63,713 bases of DNA, filler included, from Reticulomyxa filosa (GCA_000512085.1; 21 parts of 21 records of this genome joined end to end with filler, not necessarily neighbours in it), one strand, 5' to 3'. Positions 23,205 through 37,574 are shown, numbered from the whole stretch's first letter. Numbers and translations are program-made. The notes: a model not told the origin generated them from the letters alone.

Positions 23205-26200
23205 ATTGGTATTATTGTTATTGATGTCATTGTCATTCTTATTTTCATTCTTATTTTCATTCTTATTTTCATTCTTATTTTCATTCTTATTTTCATTCTT
23301 ACTGTCATTCTTATTGTTTTCACTCTTATTTTCATTCTTGTTGTCGTTATTGCCATTGTTAAGATTGGTTTTGTCCAGTCGTCCTCCATAAATTGCGAAA
23401 ATAATGTTTTTGCAAGCAGGAATGATTTGCGAATGCAAATTGGTTTGTTGTTTCTGCGCTTGCGCCATGACAGATTCGACAGTTTCCATTAAAAAATCCA
23501 AAATAGCAAAGAGGTTTTCATAGCGAAACGCACTGGCCAGTTTCTTCCAAACTTTTAATAAACTCGTTTGGAATTGATCAGTCGCTGTGGTCGTGATATG
23601 AAATAAATTGCTCAATAGCAGCAGTGTTTCATGTCCTTTCAACTGTTGGTTTTGCACTTTCACTTTGCGATCGCCATTGTCGACAACGGCCGTCTTTTCT
23701 TTTTTCTCGACTTTGTTGTCTACAATTTGGATAACCTCTTCGCTCTTATTCTCTCTGATCATATCAAAGCCGTGATCACTGTCATTGCTACTCAAAGGAC
23801 TCAATGGGGCCATATATTTATCTTGTTCCTTTTCTTTGTGTTTGTCTTTTTGTTTGTGAACGTTCGAAGCGATATTCGACGAAGCGTTGATGACCACGAC
23901 GATTTGTTCATCGTCGTTGTCATTATCATTGTCATCGTCGTCCTCATTGTCGTCGTCCTCGTCGTCATCATCGTCGTCGTCATCGTCGTCGTCATCATCT
24001 TCGTCGTTGTCTTCGTGTCGTGCGCGATGCGAAGCGCCGGGCTGTAGATCAAGTCTTTGGACCGAAGGCCTCGGAAGGTAGTCGCCTCCCAGTTCGTGCT
24101 CGAGCATGGAATCGACTGAATCGGCAGCGCTCAACGAGGTTCGGGATCGCATGCGATGGAAGTATCTTTGAAAGCGATCGTCCATGTTGGTCTTGTTGGC
24201 GTAATGCAAGTGGATGACCGCGGTCCAAGGCTTCAGGAACGTGGTGATCCACTCTTGATGCGTGCTGGTTTCGACGTATTTGATCGCATCGCGGAACAGC
24301 GCGCTGCCGATGGAAGGATAGAACTGAGCAAACAGTTTGGAAATGTGTGCGCCATTTTTACGAACCCACAAGCTCATGGACGATTCAAAGGCGAATTTGA
24401 ATTGATCGATCTGATCGACTAGGTCTTTTCCAACCAAAAAGTGTGCCAGAGCACGTAGCAGCAAGAAACCGCTGAAGCGCGTATCGGCGTCTGTCTCGAC
24501 GATTTTGGTGAGTCCTAAGAACAACAAGCGCGGGGCGTAATGAAATACATGCGTCAGAAAACTCTCTCCGACGGGTTTTTGGATTCGCCAATCGTTGGCT
24601 CCGTATCTGGACTCCACCACCGTCAATCGATCTCCACTCGAATGCACCTCCATGACATTGACAATGGCACGCAGGAAATACGGAGAGGCTCCGAACAGAG
24701 GGTCGTTGGAGTCCATCTGCAACTCCATCGCCTTTTCGATGTAAAAACTGAATAGATGTTCGAACTGGAACATGAGCATTGGAGTCAGCACCTCAAAGTC
24801 TTGCTTCTCTGCCTCCACAAATAGTTGCAACACCGAGTGCTTTGCACAGTACTCTGTGCCCAATTCGCGCTTCAATTCCAACGGCGCGTTGTTGCCACCA
24901 CGCAAAAAGTTGACGACGTAGTTGTCTTGACCTCGCAACAGAGAAGACTTTTGCTCTTGTTGATCTTGCTTCGACTGCTTTTTTTTCAGTTTGCTGTACA
25001 TTTTCTTCTTCTTGGTGGTATCGCCCTCGTTGGTGTTCAGATACTTGGCAGGGAAGATCCGTCCCATGTTGAACAGGTACTGCAAGGCCGTAAACACGGC
25101 GACGTGCACCTGCTGCTTGCGCTGCACTGTGGAACGGTGATCTTGATCGTCAAAGTAAATCGCGTTTGCTGATTTGTTCACTTCATTCGAAAACTTTAGC
25201 AGCCACAGAAACATTTCGAATCGCAACTCTTCATTCGTTTGATTGATATGTGGTAACTTATCGTGCTCAATTCGCTGTTGCATCATTGTCTTTTTTTTGA
25301 ATTTCAGACGCTTGCGGAACTCCTCGATGGCCTGGTCCGCGTCCTGATCGGTCATGCCTTGCTGTGGGAAATACCAAAACACGTGTCGAATTGCTGGATG
25401 TGCGCCGATACGCGACAGTCCACGCAAAAACAATGCGCATCCCTCAATCAACTCTTGCTGAGTTTCGTACCATCGTAACTTCTCCAAACGATCCTCGCGA
25501 AATGCCTCTTTGCGCAGCGTCTCAATCCAATCGAAGATCTTCTTCATCAACTCTTTGTCCCCGTGGTAAATGCCTGCCGCGAAATGGTTCACATTGCCCA
25601 ATTGCTTGAATAGGAACACGACATCTTCGATCATCCTTGTCCGACGACGACCCTGTGCATCTGTGAACACCTGGATCATGGAATGGAACACCGAGGGAAT
25701 AGCTTCCCAATGCATTGTCTCAATCACTTTGGCGATCACTTGTCTTGGCCATTGGTTTTCTTCGTGCAAGCAGTTCCAAAAGTGTTCGCGCAAATACGCC
25801 TCGAATTTTTGCCTCGTTGTGTCGAACACTTCTCCACCGTTGCCACGATAGCCGGGTTGTTGGTATAGCGTCGATAGTCTCGAGTTACTCACTGATAGCT
25901 CTTCCTTCGATTCGTCGCTTTGTCCCGAAAATGGATTTGAGATACCTTTCATTTGTATTAATTTAACAGATGGATATCAATCAATCAATATATACATATA
26001 TATATGTATGTATATATATACATATATGTATATATTACACCTTCGCCGACCAAAGAAAACCACAAAGTATGCAAGTTTCTCCAGTGAATGCGAGAAGGTG
26101 AATTTTCTCTCCATTCGTCTCCACTACTCCACCCTGTCTTTCCTTTCGAAGTTGCTGGAGGCATCGTGACCAACAGAGACTCGAGCAACATTGACGTGGC

Positions 26201-29200
26201 CAAAATAGTTTGATGCAAATGGGCGCTGATGATCTTTTTCGCCAATTGAGAGATTAGCAATGGCACAAATTCATCAATACGAACGATGATGTCGAATTCG
26301 ATGGGCTCCGAATTGGAGGGACGCAGACTTTCCGTGTCAACTATCGTACTGGCACGTTTACTTATGTCCGTTCGTCGATTCAGACTCTCCAATTCGCTTG
26401 TCTTGACGTCTTGTCCCTGTCCTTGTTGCTGTTGTTGCAAAGGCTGCAGCTGCGCCGACCGTGTCTGCGACAAGTGTTGTTGCAATTGCAGCTGCGCTGG
26501 TTGCTGCGTCGGTGTGTGATGATCGTGCTGCACATTGGCATTCCGAAGCAGTCGAGCACGCGCCATGTCGTTGGGATCGGCGAAAGTGGTAACGATTTGG
26601 GCAATGGTTCTGCCGTGAATTTGGATCAGTTCTCCGACGGTCTTGTGAACAGCCGAGGTTTGAACCAAGTCTTGATTCACAAAAAGAGTTTTAGTATACG
26701 TCGTTGAGGTTAGGGGCGCACTGATGGCGGGTTTTAAATTGCTCTTTGCAAACTCTTGCAGGAATAGTATGTTCAAATTGCTTTGTCCAATCAGACTTTG
26801 ATAAATCTCGGATAACTTGAGAATGAATTGATAGGCAAAGTGACGAACATGTGCGTTGTAATGACACAGCAATACCAATCCACATCCATCGGCGCGAGGG
26901 AACCATTTCCACCATTCGGGGATTTCCAAATCGTAGATAATTGGAGTTGTGGTCTTGCGAGCGTTTTCGGCATCTCTTGAATTCACGCTGGCAAGTCTTC
27001 GTGGGTTCAGAGCTTTGTTTGCCTCGTTGGAATTTGGAATTCGAGAGGCGGTGTTCGTAGTATTGTTCGCCTTTTGCATTTCGCGCTTGTAGATGTCCAT
27101 CAAGTACGTAAGCGTCTTTAGCAGCATGCACAGACACTCAGAGGATTGGTAATCGCTGTGACTGATCATTTCGATTAGGCATTGAATAATATTGTGACGT
27201 ATGCGATTGTGTTCCTGTCGCATCGACCGAACCAGCGTGCGCAGCACTTGCGCGCGGACATTGAAGTCGCGATGCAGCAACCACTTTCCAATAAATTTGC
27301 CGGACATACCGCAGTTTTGGGGCGTCGCTGTCCATAGACTATCGCAATGTGTGTAAGGAGCAAGTCGAATGCAATACGTCAACGTATCAACATACACATC
27401 CGATAGCGGCGGCAATGTTTGTTCCAGCGTCGTATTGATGTTGTCGTGACTGATCCAATCCAATCGCAGCATCTTTTGTATGTGGTGTTTCACCATTTGC
27501 TGTTCGTCGTTCAACATCACGTTGGATATCGATATCGCTGCGATCGAGTCCTCAAATGAAATCAGCTGCTTGTTCAAAGGGATATACTTACCGAGTTGTG
27601 CATACAATGATTCTAAACACGGCTGCATTTGCAGCTCAAACTTGTCAAAGTACTCGTCCCATTGGAATATGTTACCATTATTATTATGGTTGCCGTTGTC
27701 GCTATTTTCAGAATGGGTCACGATGACTTTCTTCTTCAAATAATCGCGAAGCAGAGTCTCGGGAACATAGATGAAATTCAACGCGTACACGGCGATGAAT
27801 ACGCGTTCGACGGTTTCATTCTTGCGTGTTTCGATAAACTGCTGAATCACCTCTCCAGCAAAGTACAAATTGTGAATTGCCGCTTGTGTCAGACAACAGC
27901 ACAGCAGTTGGACGATGATCGCATCGATGACGTTCTTGGCATTGTACGTGCGCTTCGATCGGAAGATCTTATCCGAAATGAGTCTGCACAGATCCACAGA
28001 CAACTGCTGCGAAATCTTTCCATACGTTTGTTCCAACCGATCAATCGCCGTTTGACTGGACGCAAAGTCATTCGAGTATGTCTCCATTTCTGTTGGGTCT
28101 TCTACGATACCGGATAATGACGATGGCGACAATAGGGATAGAAGCAAAGAGGACTTGAAATCGCAGTCCAATTGCAGATTGAATTGGTCCCATGAGCTGC
28201 CGCCTCCTCGTAGGTAGTGCAATAAGTCACACAAATAACGCGGACTCAAGCGCTTGTTACTGAACTTGAACTTCACACATTGTTCCAGCCACAGCTTAGT
28301 TTTCATCGACTGTCCGCCACGCAACAGCTCCGTGTTTTGCAATCGCACGCGAACCGGGCTCAGGGTTTCTCCAGCCTTGTTCAGTCCGTCGAATCGTTCT
28401 TTTGCCACTTTCAGCGACGCGTTAAATGGCAATGCTTCCAGTCGTATGTCCATTGGCAATGATCGAATGCTGTGTTCCACTGCGCGGAGGCATAATTGTT
28501 GGCGATTTTGTCCATCCTTTTTTTGTTTGTTTATTTATTAATTAATTGATTATTTATTTTTATTTATTTACTTATTTACTTGTTTGTTTATTATTTATAA
28601 ATGAACCATCACACAAATGAACAATTACCTTAGATTTGACCAATAGTGAATTCAACCAATCCAATTGTGATTCAATTGCACTGATGCTGTCCAAGTCAAA
28701 GCGTATATATCTTGCCCCGTTTATTATACTCGTGCGTTGCTCTTCCGTGTTTGCTGACTCTTTTGTGTTTGTTTCAAAAAAGGTCGCGAATAAAATCCGA
28801 TACATATACATATATATGTGTATATGTGTTTGTGTAATGTTCAGAAAGAAAAGAAATACCATAGGCTTTTTGAATGGCATCTACGGCAATCGTAGCAAAG
28901 TGTGGAGTAATCAAGGAAATGACAATGCCCCATTTCCTTTGGCGACGCTGCTCCAACTCTTGGCCCAAAGCATCTCCGATTGCCTCGCGAGGCACAATGG
29001 CCAGTTTACTAATCCATTTTTGGATTAAGTCTTCGTGCAAATTTCCACTGACTCCTCCCATACGTCGACGTTTTCGCGACAACAGCTCTGGATCAGCGTG
29101 ATACAAAATACTGGCTAACGCATCCGCCATTATAAAGTCCATTATATAATAGCACAGTTCACGGACAATTGGATTTGACTTGTATGTGTGTGTGTGTGTG

Positions 29201-29634
29201 TGTATGTATTATATTTTGTTTATTTCCCTGTTGTGTCAGTGCAAAAGTGGTTAAAAAGAAATCGAATACAATACAATGTGTTGCGAAATGTGTTGCTTCA
29301 AATATTCGAATCGAAAAGTGGTCGATTTATTGAGAGACGAGTTTGTGGCCGTGGAGGATTGCAAGCGAGAATAAGAAAAATCCGCGTCGAGAATGCTTTT
29401 GACAAAGGCGTGGAAAGCCAATGCTCCCAGTTTTGATACACGTTGCAAGATGGGGTGATAGGTAATCACTGTTTCTGGAAACTCTTTCCAAATCGTTGCA
29501 AATTCGGAATTCGACGAGGAGGAAGCAGATGAAGAAGGAGAAGAGGAAGAAGAAGAAGAAGAGGGTGAAGAGGAAGAAGATGAAGAAGAAGAAGAAGAAG
29601 AAGGAGCATTGGAAGAAGAGTTAGAGAGAACAGG
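23205..29634 (-). CDS. Large helical-repeat scaffold, Furry/Tao3/Mor2-like; multi-exon, both ends truncated
   Basis: ORFs of 931 and 831 aa plus upstream exons. SIINGARYIRF resembles the IINGMRYLKL segment of the MOR2-PAG1 N-terminal region; VWKKLA...NLFAILDFL resembles the Furry mid region. Recognised from memory only. Confidence 0.55.
23236..23340 (-). repeat. Coding 12-bp tandem repeat AAGAATGAAAAT (KNEN)n; poly-Asp tract at about 23910-24012
   Basis: Directly visible. Confidence 0.9.
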
Positions 29635-29734
29635 NNNNNNNNNNNNNNNNNNNNNNNNNNNNNNNNNNNNNNNNNNNNTTAATTAATTAANNNNNNNNNN
29701 NNNNNNNNNNNNNNNNNNNNNNNNNNNNNNNNNN

Positions 29735-30120
29735 ATTGAGCTCAGTACAACAGTTGTAGTAGCTTTCGAGATGTAGAGTTTTTTGCCACTTGGACCATCT
29801 TTTTTAAAAAAAAAATTATACCACACTCTTGTTAGTTTGTCAAAACTGTGGTATCCTCCAATTAGAAATGGAACCACAAACAACCATGCTACCAGTCCAT
29901 AGATTATGGCCAGTATCTCACTCAATGAATAGGATCTATTTTCCTCACTGTTTATATTCAAGTTTTGAGCGTTACTAACCACCAAACTCAGTGCAACAAC
30001 GACTGTGGGCAAAATTATGTGTATTTCAACAAAAATGCCCAAAGTGATCCAAGGGATTCCTTTCTGTTTCTTAATAGAAAATTTTCTTAAAAACAGCCCA
30101 GCGGGTAAGTGGTTGATCAA
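29735..30120 (-). CDS. Hypothetical membrane protein fragment (2-3 TM segments)
   Basis: Hydrophobic segments WITLGIFVEIHIILPTVVVALSLVV and ILAIIYGLVAWLFVVPFLIGG. Confidence 0.35.
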
Positions 30121-32195
30121 CTTACGAACCTTTGACGAAAAGGAGTATTACGTTAGAAAGTTCAATTGTTGTAAGGTTTTTCGATTGACAAATCTTTGGA
30201 TTGTTTGGTGACAAACTTTTTATTATAAAGATAATAAACTATATTATACAATTTTTCTACAATTAAATTCGGTCCATAATTTACTGTTATTTTTTTTCCT
30301 TTACAACATCAATACTTTTTTTTTATTTCAAATCAACACCACTTAAAAGACTATCATGCGAAGTTTATTGTTGATTGGAAATATTGTTTGTGTTCGTGAC
30401 TGTTTCTCCATGCATTGTAATCACCAGCACAAGCCCGCAGACAATCCGTCAAAGTTGCTGACATCGTTGAGTACTGTCATGGACAACAATCATGCGCCCC
30501 GGTGGATAGATTCGAGAATATCAAACATCTCTTTTCCGATTTGGTATTCATTAATAGAATCATTCAACAAAACTTTTGGAATAGCGGAACGATCTTTGTT
30601 TCGTGACAATAACATGGACATAATTGGAGTTTTTGTCTTCTCGACCCTTATCAGTTTCACCGCGAATGTTGTAGTGTGGCCGCATGTTAAGGACAATTGC
30701 CCTCTCGTGATAGTTTGTGTAAGTAAATGCGTCGTTGCATTCCGACGGTAATGTACTGGATTCAACTAGCAAACGCCTTCATCCCCCCTTGTTGTCTCCA
30801 ACAAACTGACCAGAATTTTTTCCACGCGCAACACAAAATGGATGTCGTGGATGCCTTTGATGTGGAAAATGTCGAAAGTTCATCTTCACTCTTCTGGCGA
30901 AGACAACGATTAAGGAATTTAATTAGATATTGAACACGACCTTTTTTGTATCATATAAATTTTATTATTATTATATTAGCATATATACACATACACATAT
31001 GTTTGCCATAAATTAGAACCAATCAAACCATTCTTATCAACCACAAATAACATCAATTGTACAATACAAAACTGGTACTCGATTTTTTTCTTCAGCTTGC
31101 TTAGGATTTNNNNNNNNNNNNNNNNNNNNNNNNNNNNNNNNNNNNNNNNNNNNTTAATTAATTAANNNNNNNNNNNNNNNNNNNNNNNNNNNNNNNNNNN
31201 NNNNNNNNNAAAAAAAAAAACAATACCATTTTTTAAAAAATTGAAAAAAAAGTCCTCTAACATTGTGAAGATTGAATGGATTGTGAAAAAGCACTGACTA
31301 CATTCCAAATATCCGTTGTCAAATAAAATAATGTCACTATTAGCATCGACAAATACAGTAAAGTGTTTAGATTACAAAAGGATTGTAAGCAGTCCAACAC
31401 GTTTCCTTCCTCCATTTCTTCTGTATTCCGATGTAATTTGTTTGATCCACTGCATGCTACTCCATTTTGATGCAAAAAACGATTTGATTTACTTCCTCTT
31501 GTCCTTTTCTTCATATGTCGAGGCATGGGAAGGGGCTTCTTTAAAAAAACAGCATTACCGTTCAAAGAACTTAGCTAAAAAAAATGACGATCATCACAAA
31601 TTCAAATTTTAAATGGGCTACTTTATAAAATAAATTAATTCAACAAATTACTCCATTTTATCGACCAAGGATATTAAAAAATATCAAATTTAATAACTGA
31701 TTTTGTATAATATTTTAAGCTTATCGAATATTTATTTAGATTTAAATGACAAGTGACTGAGAAAGACAAACAAAAGAAGATGTTCTCAAAACAGACATTT
31801 GATAAATTTCAATAAAGAAGTGGCATTGTTCTGCTGAACACCTACAAGTCAAGTGATATTTACACAGAAAAAAGATTCAACTTAAAATGTAAAGGCAATA
31901 GTGTCGAATGTAAGCATTCTTTTACTTTTTTTGGTTTCGGATCTGAGTAATCTTTTGACATCTTTCAAATTAAGTTTAATAATTCACAATTAATTGATCA
32001 AATTTCTAAGTTTTTGTGGATGCACGGATAAAAAGAGACGGATTATAGTTTCGTGAATTGTCGGTCCGCCGACGAGCAGCTGTTAGTTGCTTGACAGACA
32101 ATGACAATTTTAATATTGGTATTGAATGAATCAATGTTTAAATAGTACAACAACAACAACAAAAAATAGTTATCGCAAACAAATAGTCATTGCGG

Positions 32196-33018
32196 TCAGA
32201 GTTTCAATGAGCTCATGAAATTATTCCAAAACTTGTCAATATTTTCATCCTTTTGATTGTTATAAGCCTCACAAAACGCATTTCCAAATTTTTGCCACTC
32301 AAAATTTTCCATTTCTTCCATTTTTTTGACTGTTAGATTTTCGTCTTCATTTGTATCCGTTGTCACAATATCGGTGCGTTTCTGATTGAGTAAATTAGCC
32401 ATTGATATGTATTTGTTTGACTGACAGAAAGAAAGACAAATATATGACCAAACTCGTTTTAAGGGTGGTTTCGGGATATTATCTGCCTCTTCTGAAGTGT
32501 CATCCACGTTACTTCTCCTACGCTTTCGTTTACTTTTTCTCAGCTCATTTTTTTCAGAGTCAGCTTTTGCCTTTTTAACAGTTTCGTTTTTCTTTTGTAG
32601 TCGCTGCTGTACTTTTTTTATTACCTTTCGTTCTCCGTTAAATATTTCTGATATAAATCATTGCAGCCTTCCAAATCCTGGCCGCTCTTCCATTCATTAT
32701 ATTTGACGGCATAGCCTTTCCATTTCACGAAATATTGTATTTCATACTCTCCACTATCGCTTTTTTTTGACGAATTCCATGTTTTACAATATTCTCTACT
32801 TCGTATACTTCTTCTTTTTCTTCTTCTTCGTCACTCTTTGTGGCTGTTTTTTTTTTTTTTTTTTTTTTTGTTCTGTTGAAAAGACAGCTTTGACTCCGCC
32901 ATATGTTGTTTTGAGTCGTTAACATTTTTTTTTGTCTGTTTCATCCGCAATTTCCTCACTTTCGTCACTCTCCTCGCTCACCTTCTTCTTCTCTTTTTCT
33001 CTTTCTTTTTCTTTTTCT
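32196..33018 (-). CDS. Chromodomain protein (HP1/CBX-like chromodomain followed by a basic region); two single-base frameshifts near 32765 and 32640
   Basis: Joined frames read EEVYEVENIVKH...YFVKWKGYAVKYNEWKSGQDLEGCNDLYQKY, with the aromatic cage Y/W/Y intact, followed by an NLS-like RKSKRKRRR. Confidence 0.8.
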
Positions 33019-34280
33019 NNNNNNNNNNNNNNNNNNNNNNNNNNNNNNNNNNNNNNNNNNNNTTAATTAATTAANNNNNNNNNNNNNNNNNNNNNNNNNN
33101 NNNNNNNNNNNNNNNNNNATTATAATTGATACAAACATAAGTGTAAACTATTATGTAATGTATTCTTCATTTTCACCAACTTGCAACTGCTTCTTTTTCA
33201 CGTTTAAATTATTGTTTTACTTAATTTGAAAAAAAATAACAGATATTCAAATTAAATATTTATAACAATTGATGCAAGATTGGACAATTTGTGATAAAAT
33301 TTGAATCAGTAAAAAGATTTAATTTTTGAACGGATTCTCTTCACAAAAAGAAGTTAATAAATTGTGTATTAAAATGTGAAAAAAGGAGATATCAAAGAGA
33401 ATTAAATTATGAATTTGAATGCAATCAGTCTCACAAATGACAAAGTGCAAGCATTTCTGGTCAAAGCAATTGCAATGCATGAACTTCACGCAAATCTAAA
33501 AAATATGATTGATAATAATAATTTGTGGACATTGAAAGAAACGAAATAAATATGCTATTGACAAGCGATGAAAGCCCTTCACCAATTGACAAAATACGCA
33601 CAATATTTAATTTCTATGAAATGGAATCTTTCAAAGATTTGTTGTGGTGAAAATAATCTAATTTCTCATCAAACAACAACGAGAAGAACAATATAAACTC
33701 AAGAACATCAAACTGCTGACTTTTCATTGTTGAGTAATTGTGTGACAAAGTCTGTCATTCATTTAAGACTTTTGTTGTTTTTTATTCTGCGTTGAGTTAT
33801 TTTTGTTTCTAAAAAAAATATCACCCTTCATCATCATTGGCTCATCGCGACTCAGCAGGCTCCGAAAGAAAATGCCACTGAAGACCCTGAAACCAAAGAA
33901 AAGATTTTTGAAGGCCCGGAAACCGAATTCGAAGCCGAGAAACAACTGGATACAAGCAACGATCGAAGAAACGGTCACAACATTTTGTTGACTTTTGTTT
34001 TGTTTTAAGTTGTTTGTGGTGGTAATTAGAACTGTGAATTGTGTATCTTATAAGTTGAATGATATTTTACTCCACAGAGGTGAGACAAAGGCCATTGCAA
34101 GTGATGATATCAAAGCTTGAAGAATAAATTGAAATCTTTTTACAATGGCACAATTTTGATCTAATTCATACAATTCTAAATTAAAATCAATGCAAATTGC
34201 AATGAAATAAATCAACATTTGCGATCTTCAAAGAACCAACATCAGATGAAATTTTTTCATCGTTGGATTTTGATTGCGCT

Positions 34281-34580
34281 GTGATATTTTGTGATTGAAG
34301 TACGTTCACAAATCCTGGAATTGGAATATCAAATTAATAGCAATGAGACTTGCACTGGAATATTTAAGTAATCATTACAGATCATATTGTGGCAGAGTGA
34401 TTATTCTCACTGATTGCAATTTCGTGACTAATTCGATATTTAACAAATGGATTTTGACATCTATAAATTGACAATTATGATATTGAGATCATTTAATGAA
34501 GATAATGCTCCGGATTAAAAGTCATTCTGGTATTCCTGGAAATGATAAAGTGGATCTTGTTGCAAATAATGCTCGAGCAT
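34281..34580 (+). mobile_element. Decayed RNase H domain, probably from a non-LTR retrotransposon
   Basis: VIFCD*STFTNPGIG (DGS..NPG), AMRLALEYL...VIILTDCNFV, IKSHSGIPGNDKVDLVAN; contains stops, a deletion and frameshifts. Confidence 0.75.
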
Positions 34581-34875
34581 TTCATGATGGAATGTTTGCA
34601 GTACAGTGAATTACGTGCAGCTGGTGACAAATATCCAGGCATTGCTTCCAGATATCAATAAATTGTCACTATCGATGAAATATTTTATTTTTCACTAAAN
34701 NNNNNNNNNNNNNNNNNNNNNNNNNNNNNNNNNNNNNNNNNNNTTAATTAATTAANNNNNNNNNNNNNNNNNNNNNNNNNNNNNNNNNNNNNNNNNNNNA
34801 AAAAAAAAAAAAAAAAAAAAAAATGAAAGCAAGTAAAATTAAAAAGGATAATTGGTGTGGCTGCAAAAATGACTA

Positions 34876-36968
34876 GGTTATGGCGCAGGAATGTATGGAA
34901 TGCCAATGGGAGTGAACTTTGGAATGGGAATGGGAGGATTTGGAATGAATTATCCGGGATCAGTGCCTACTCCTTATCAGTCAGTTCCAATTGCCACTCC
35001 CACTGCTACAGCTGCAACAACAACAGCTGCTACTGCCCCGTCGACCTCAGCTTCTTCTGTATACAAAGACGACAAACCTATTGCTGTCGATTCTTCTTCT
35101 CTACCATTGGCAACGACTATTCCATCGAATCCATCTCCGTCCGATCGTGCTGTCTCTTCAGAGACAGACGCAGGGAAAGCCAAAGACGATGCAAACAAAA
35201 ACTCGACCAAAGTTGATATATATATATGTATATATATTATTTCTTCTCTTTCCTGTTTATAGCAATAGAACCTAGTACACATAATACACATGACATGACC
35301 ATGAATGAATACAATAATGCCATAGGCTGGACTACGAATTGGAGAATGGCAATCCTACATCACAAGAGAGGGGAACGTGTACTATTACAATTTGCTAACT
35401 CAAACGACGACTTGGAATATGCCCAAAGAATTTGAGCAATCGGTTGCCACAAACACGGTCAACACCGTCCCATCGCCTCACGTCGATGTGCATGCCAATG
35501 CAAATGGTGTCGTCATGCCATCGGACAACGCTTTGTCCAATCCAACGACCCTTACGCAATCAAACAGAACGGAAGGTGGTGAGACGCAGTCAAACGAGTC
35601 GCAAGTCTTAATTGAAACTCAGTCCAATGTAGGCGTACTCACAAATACAGATGCAAATGCAAATGTCAATGTCAATGTCAATGTCAATGCAAATACAAGT
35701 ACAAGTACAAGTACAAATGCAGATGCGACAGCAGATATAGATATAGATATAGACGCAGATGCGAAATTAAACATACAAAATGAGGATGAAACCAAAAGAC
35801 AGTCTGAACACAAAGCTGTTCCTGTTGTTGTTGTCGTCGAGGATCTCCATTTAAAGAATAGTGTTCGAGTGCCTTTGGATACAAACACGACCTTGCACAA
35901 TGTTCCAAATGGTACATTTTTTTTTATTTTTATTTTTTTTTATTTTGTTAAAAAAAAGTCTGTAATAATGAGAATAATAAAACATTACAAAATATGTGAA
36001 AAGCAATGAAGCCAATGCCAAGTGGACCAATGATGATGGTACCTCCAGGAGCACCGATCCCAATGCTTGGCCAGCCATTCCCAGGCGCTCATCCAATGAT
36101 GTTCGGCCCCACATTGCTCCCTCCATTGAACCCAGGCGCTTCGATGCTAGCAACGACAATGCATGCGCCGCATGGCATGACCAGCTCAATGGAAAGAGAC
36201 AGCAGTAGTGGCATTGCACCTCTCTCTACGGACAACCCGCAGGACCCATCCAATAAAAGTCACATCACTAATAATTCAACAACAGCTATAAATACAAATA
36301 CAAATACAAATACGAATACTATGGTGACTACTGGTAATAACAACAATGCGAACAGCAGCAAAGAGGAACACTATTTGGGTACCCAAATAACAAAGGAATT
36401 GAAACCTGTGAGTGACACGGTGGGGAAGTCCTCGTTCCACAAGAAGCAGGCCATTCAATATAAAGACTGGCACGAACGTATGAAAGCCTTTCGACAAATG
36501 CTGACCGACAAACAAATCCATCCCGATTGGAATTGGAACAAAGTGCTGCCTATCATCGTTCAAGACCCTCGCTATGAATCCATTCCAAAAGTAAACGACA
36601 AAAAAAAAGAATTGAAACAGTGGCAAGTCGACGAACGCAAACGCTTGGAAGACGAAACCAAACGAAAGGAACAGCTCGTTCAACAGCAGTTTGTCCAAAT
36701 GCTTCAAAGCAAATTCCATCAGCTCGTCAAAAAATCTTATCGGTATTTTTAAAAAAAAATTTTTTTTTTGTCATTTTCACACAAAAATACCGATAACATA
36801 AATGCATTGCATTACTATCCCAATACATGGACAGGCATGTGAAGCACATATTACAAGAAGAAGAAGCCTATAAAGCCGTGGCAAGGGATTCGCTTCGGGA
36901 GGAGTGGTACGACCGATGGAGAGATAGCGCAGGCGAACAATATCGCAAACAAAAACAGCAAGAAAAGT
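34876..36968 (+). CDS. WW- and FF-domain splicing factor, PRP40/TCERG1-like; multi-exon fragment
   Basis: WW domain EWQSYITREGNVYYYNLLTQTTTWNMP (about 35344-35425); FF domain KAFRQMLTDKQIHPDWNWNKVLPIIVQDPRY, and a second FF start QQFVQML. Confidence 0.8.
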
Positions 36969-37186
36969 TTTGCTTTGTTCTTTTCATTATACGTTTTTCA
37001 ATTTGAATGTTCCTCGAAAAGGAAAGAGGAAGGGGGGGGGGGGGAAAAGAAAAAAAAATAAAAAATAAAAAATAAAAAATAAAGAGNNNNNNNNNNNNNN
37101 NNNNNNNNNNNNNNNNNNNNNNNNNNNNNNTTAATTAATTAANNNNNNNNNNNNNNNNNNNNNNNNNNNNNNNNNNNNNNNNNNNN

Positions 37187-37574
37187 CCTTCTCCTCCTTT
37201 GCCATGTCGCAGTTGTTATAATAGTAATGTGGCAATTGTATTCACTTTGGAATGACGCAGTAACGAGACTATGTGGCTCGCTCCTGTTTTTGGACAAAGA
37301 CGAAGACCAAAACTGCTTGCCTTTGCTACTGGACGCGACGACTCAAAAACTGAAAAGTGTGTACTACTTTGACTACTCTGCATTTCTAATTCAACTGGGT
37401 AATCGCGCATTTGAGCTACTAAGCACAACGCCAGTTGTCTTTCTTTCTTTCGGATGCAACGTGTTGCTCTTACTTGCACTTGCCATCGTGTGGAGGCATT
37501 ACAAGGATTACATCACGCCACATTTGCCAACCAATTCAAACCAGTCTTCTTTCAACAGCCCAAAGTCCGAATAA
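37187..37574 (+). CDS. Hypothetical membrane protein, C-terminal fragment
   Basis: Open frame with hydrophobic segment VVFLSFGCNVLLLLALAIVW. Confidence 0.35.
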
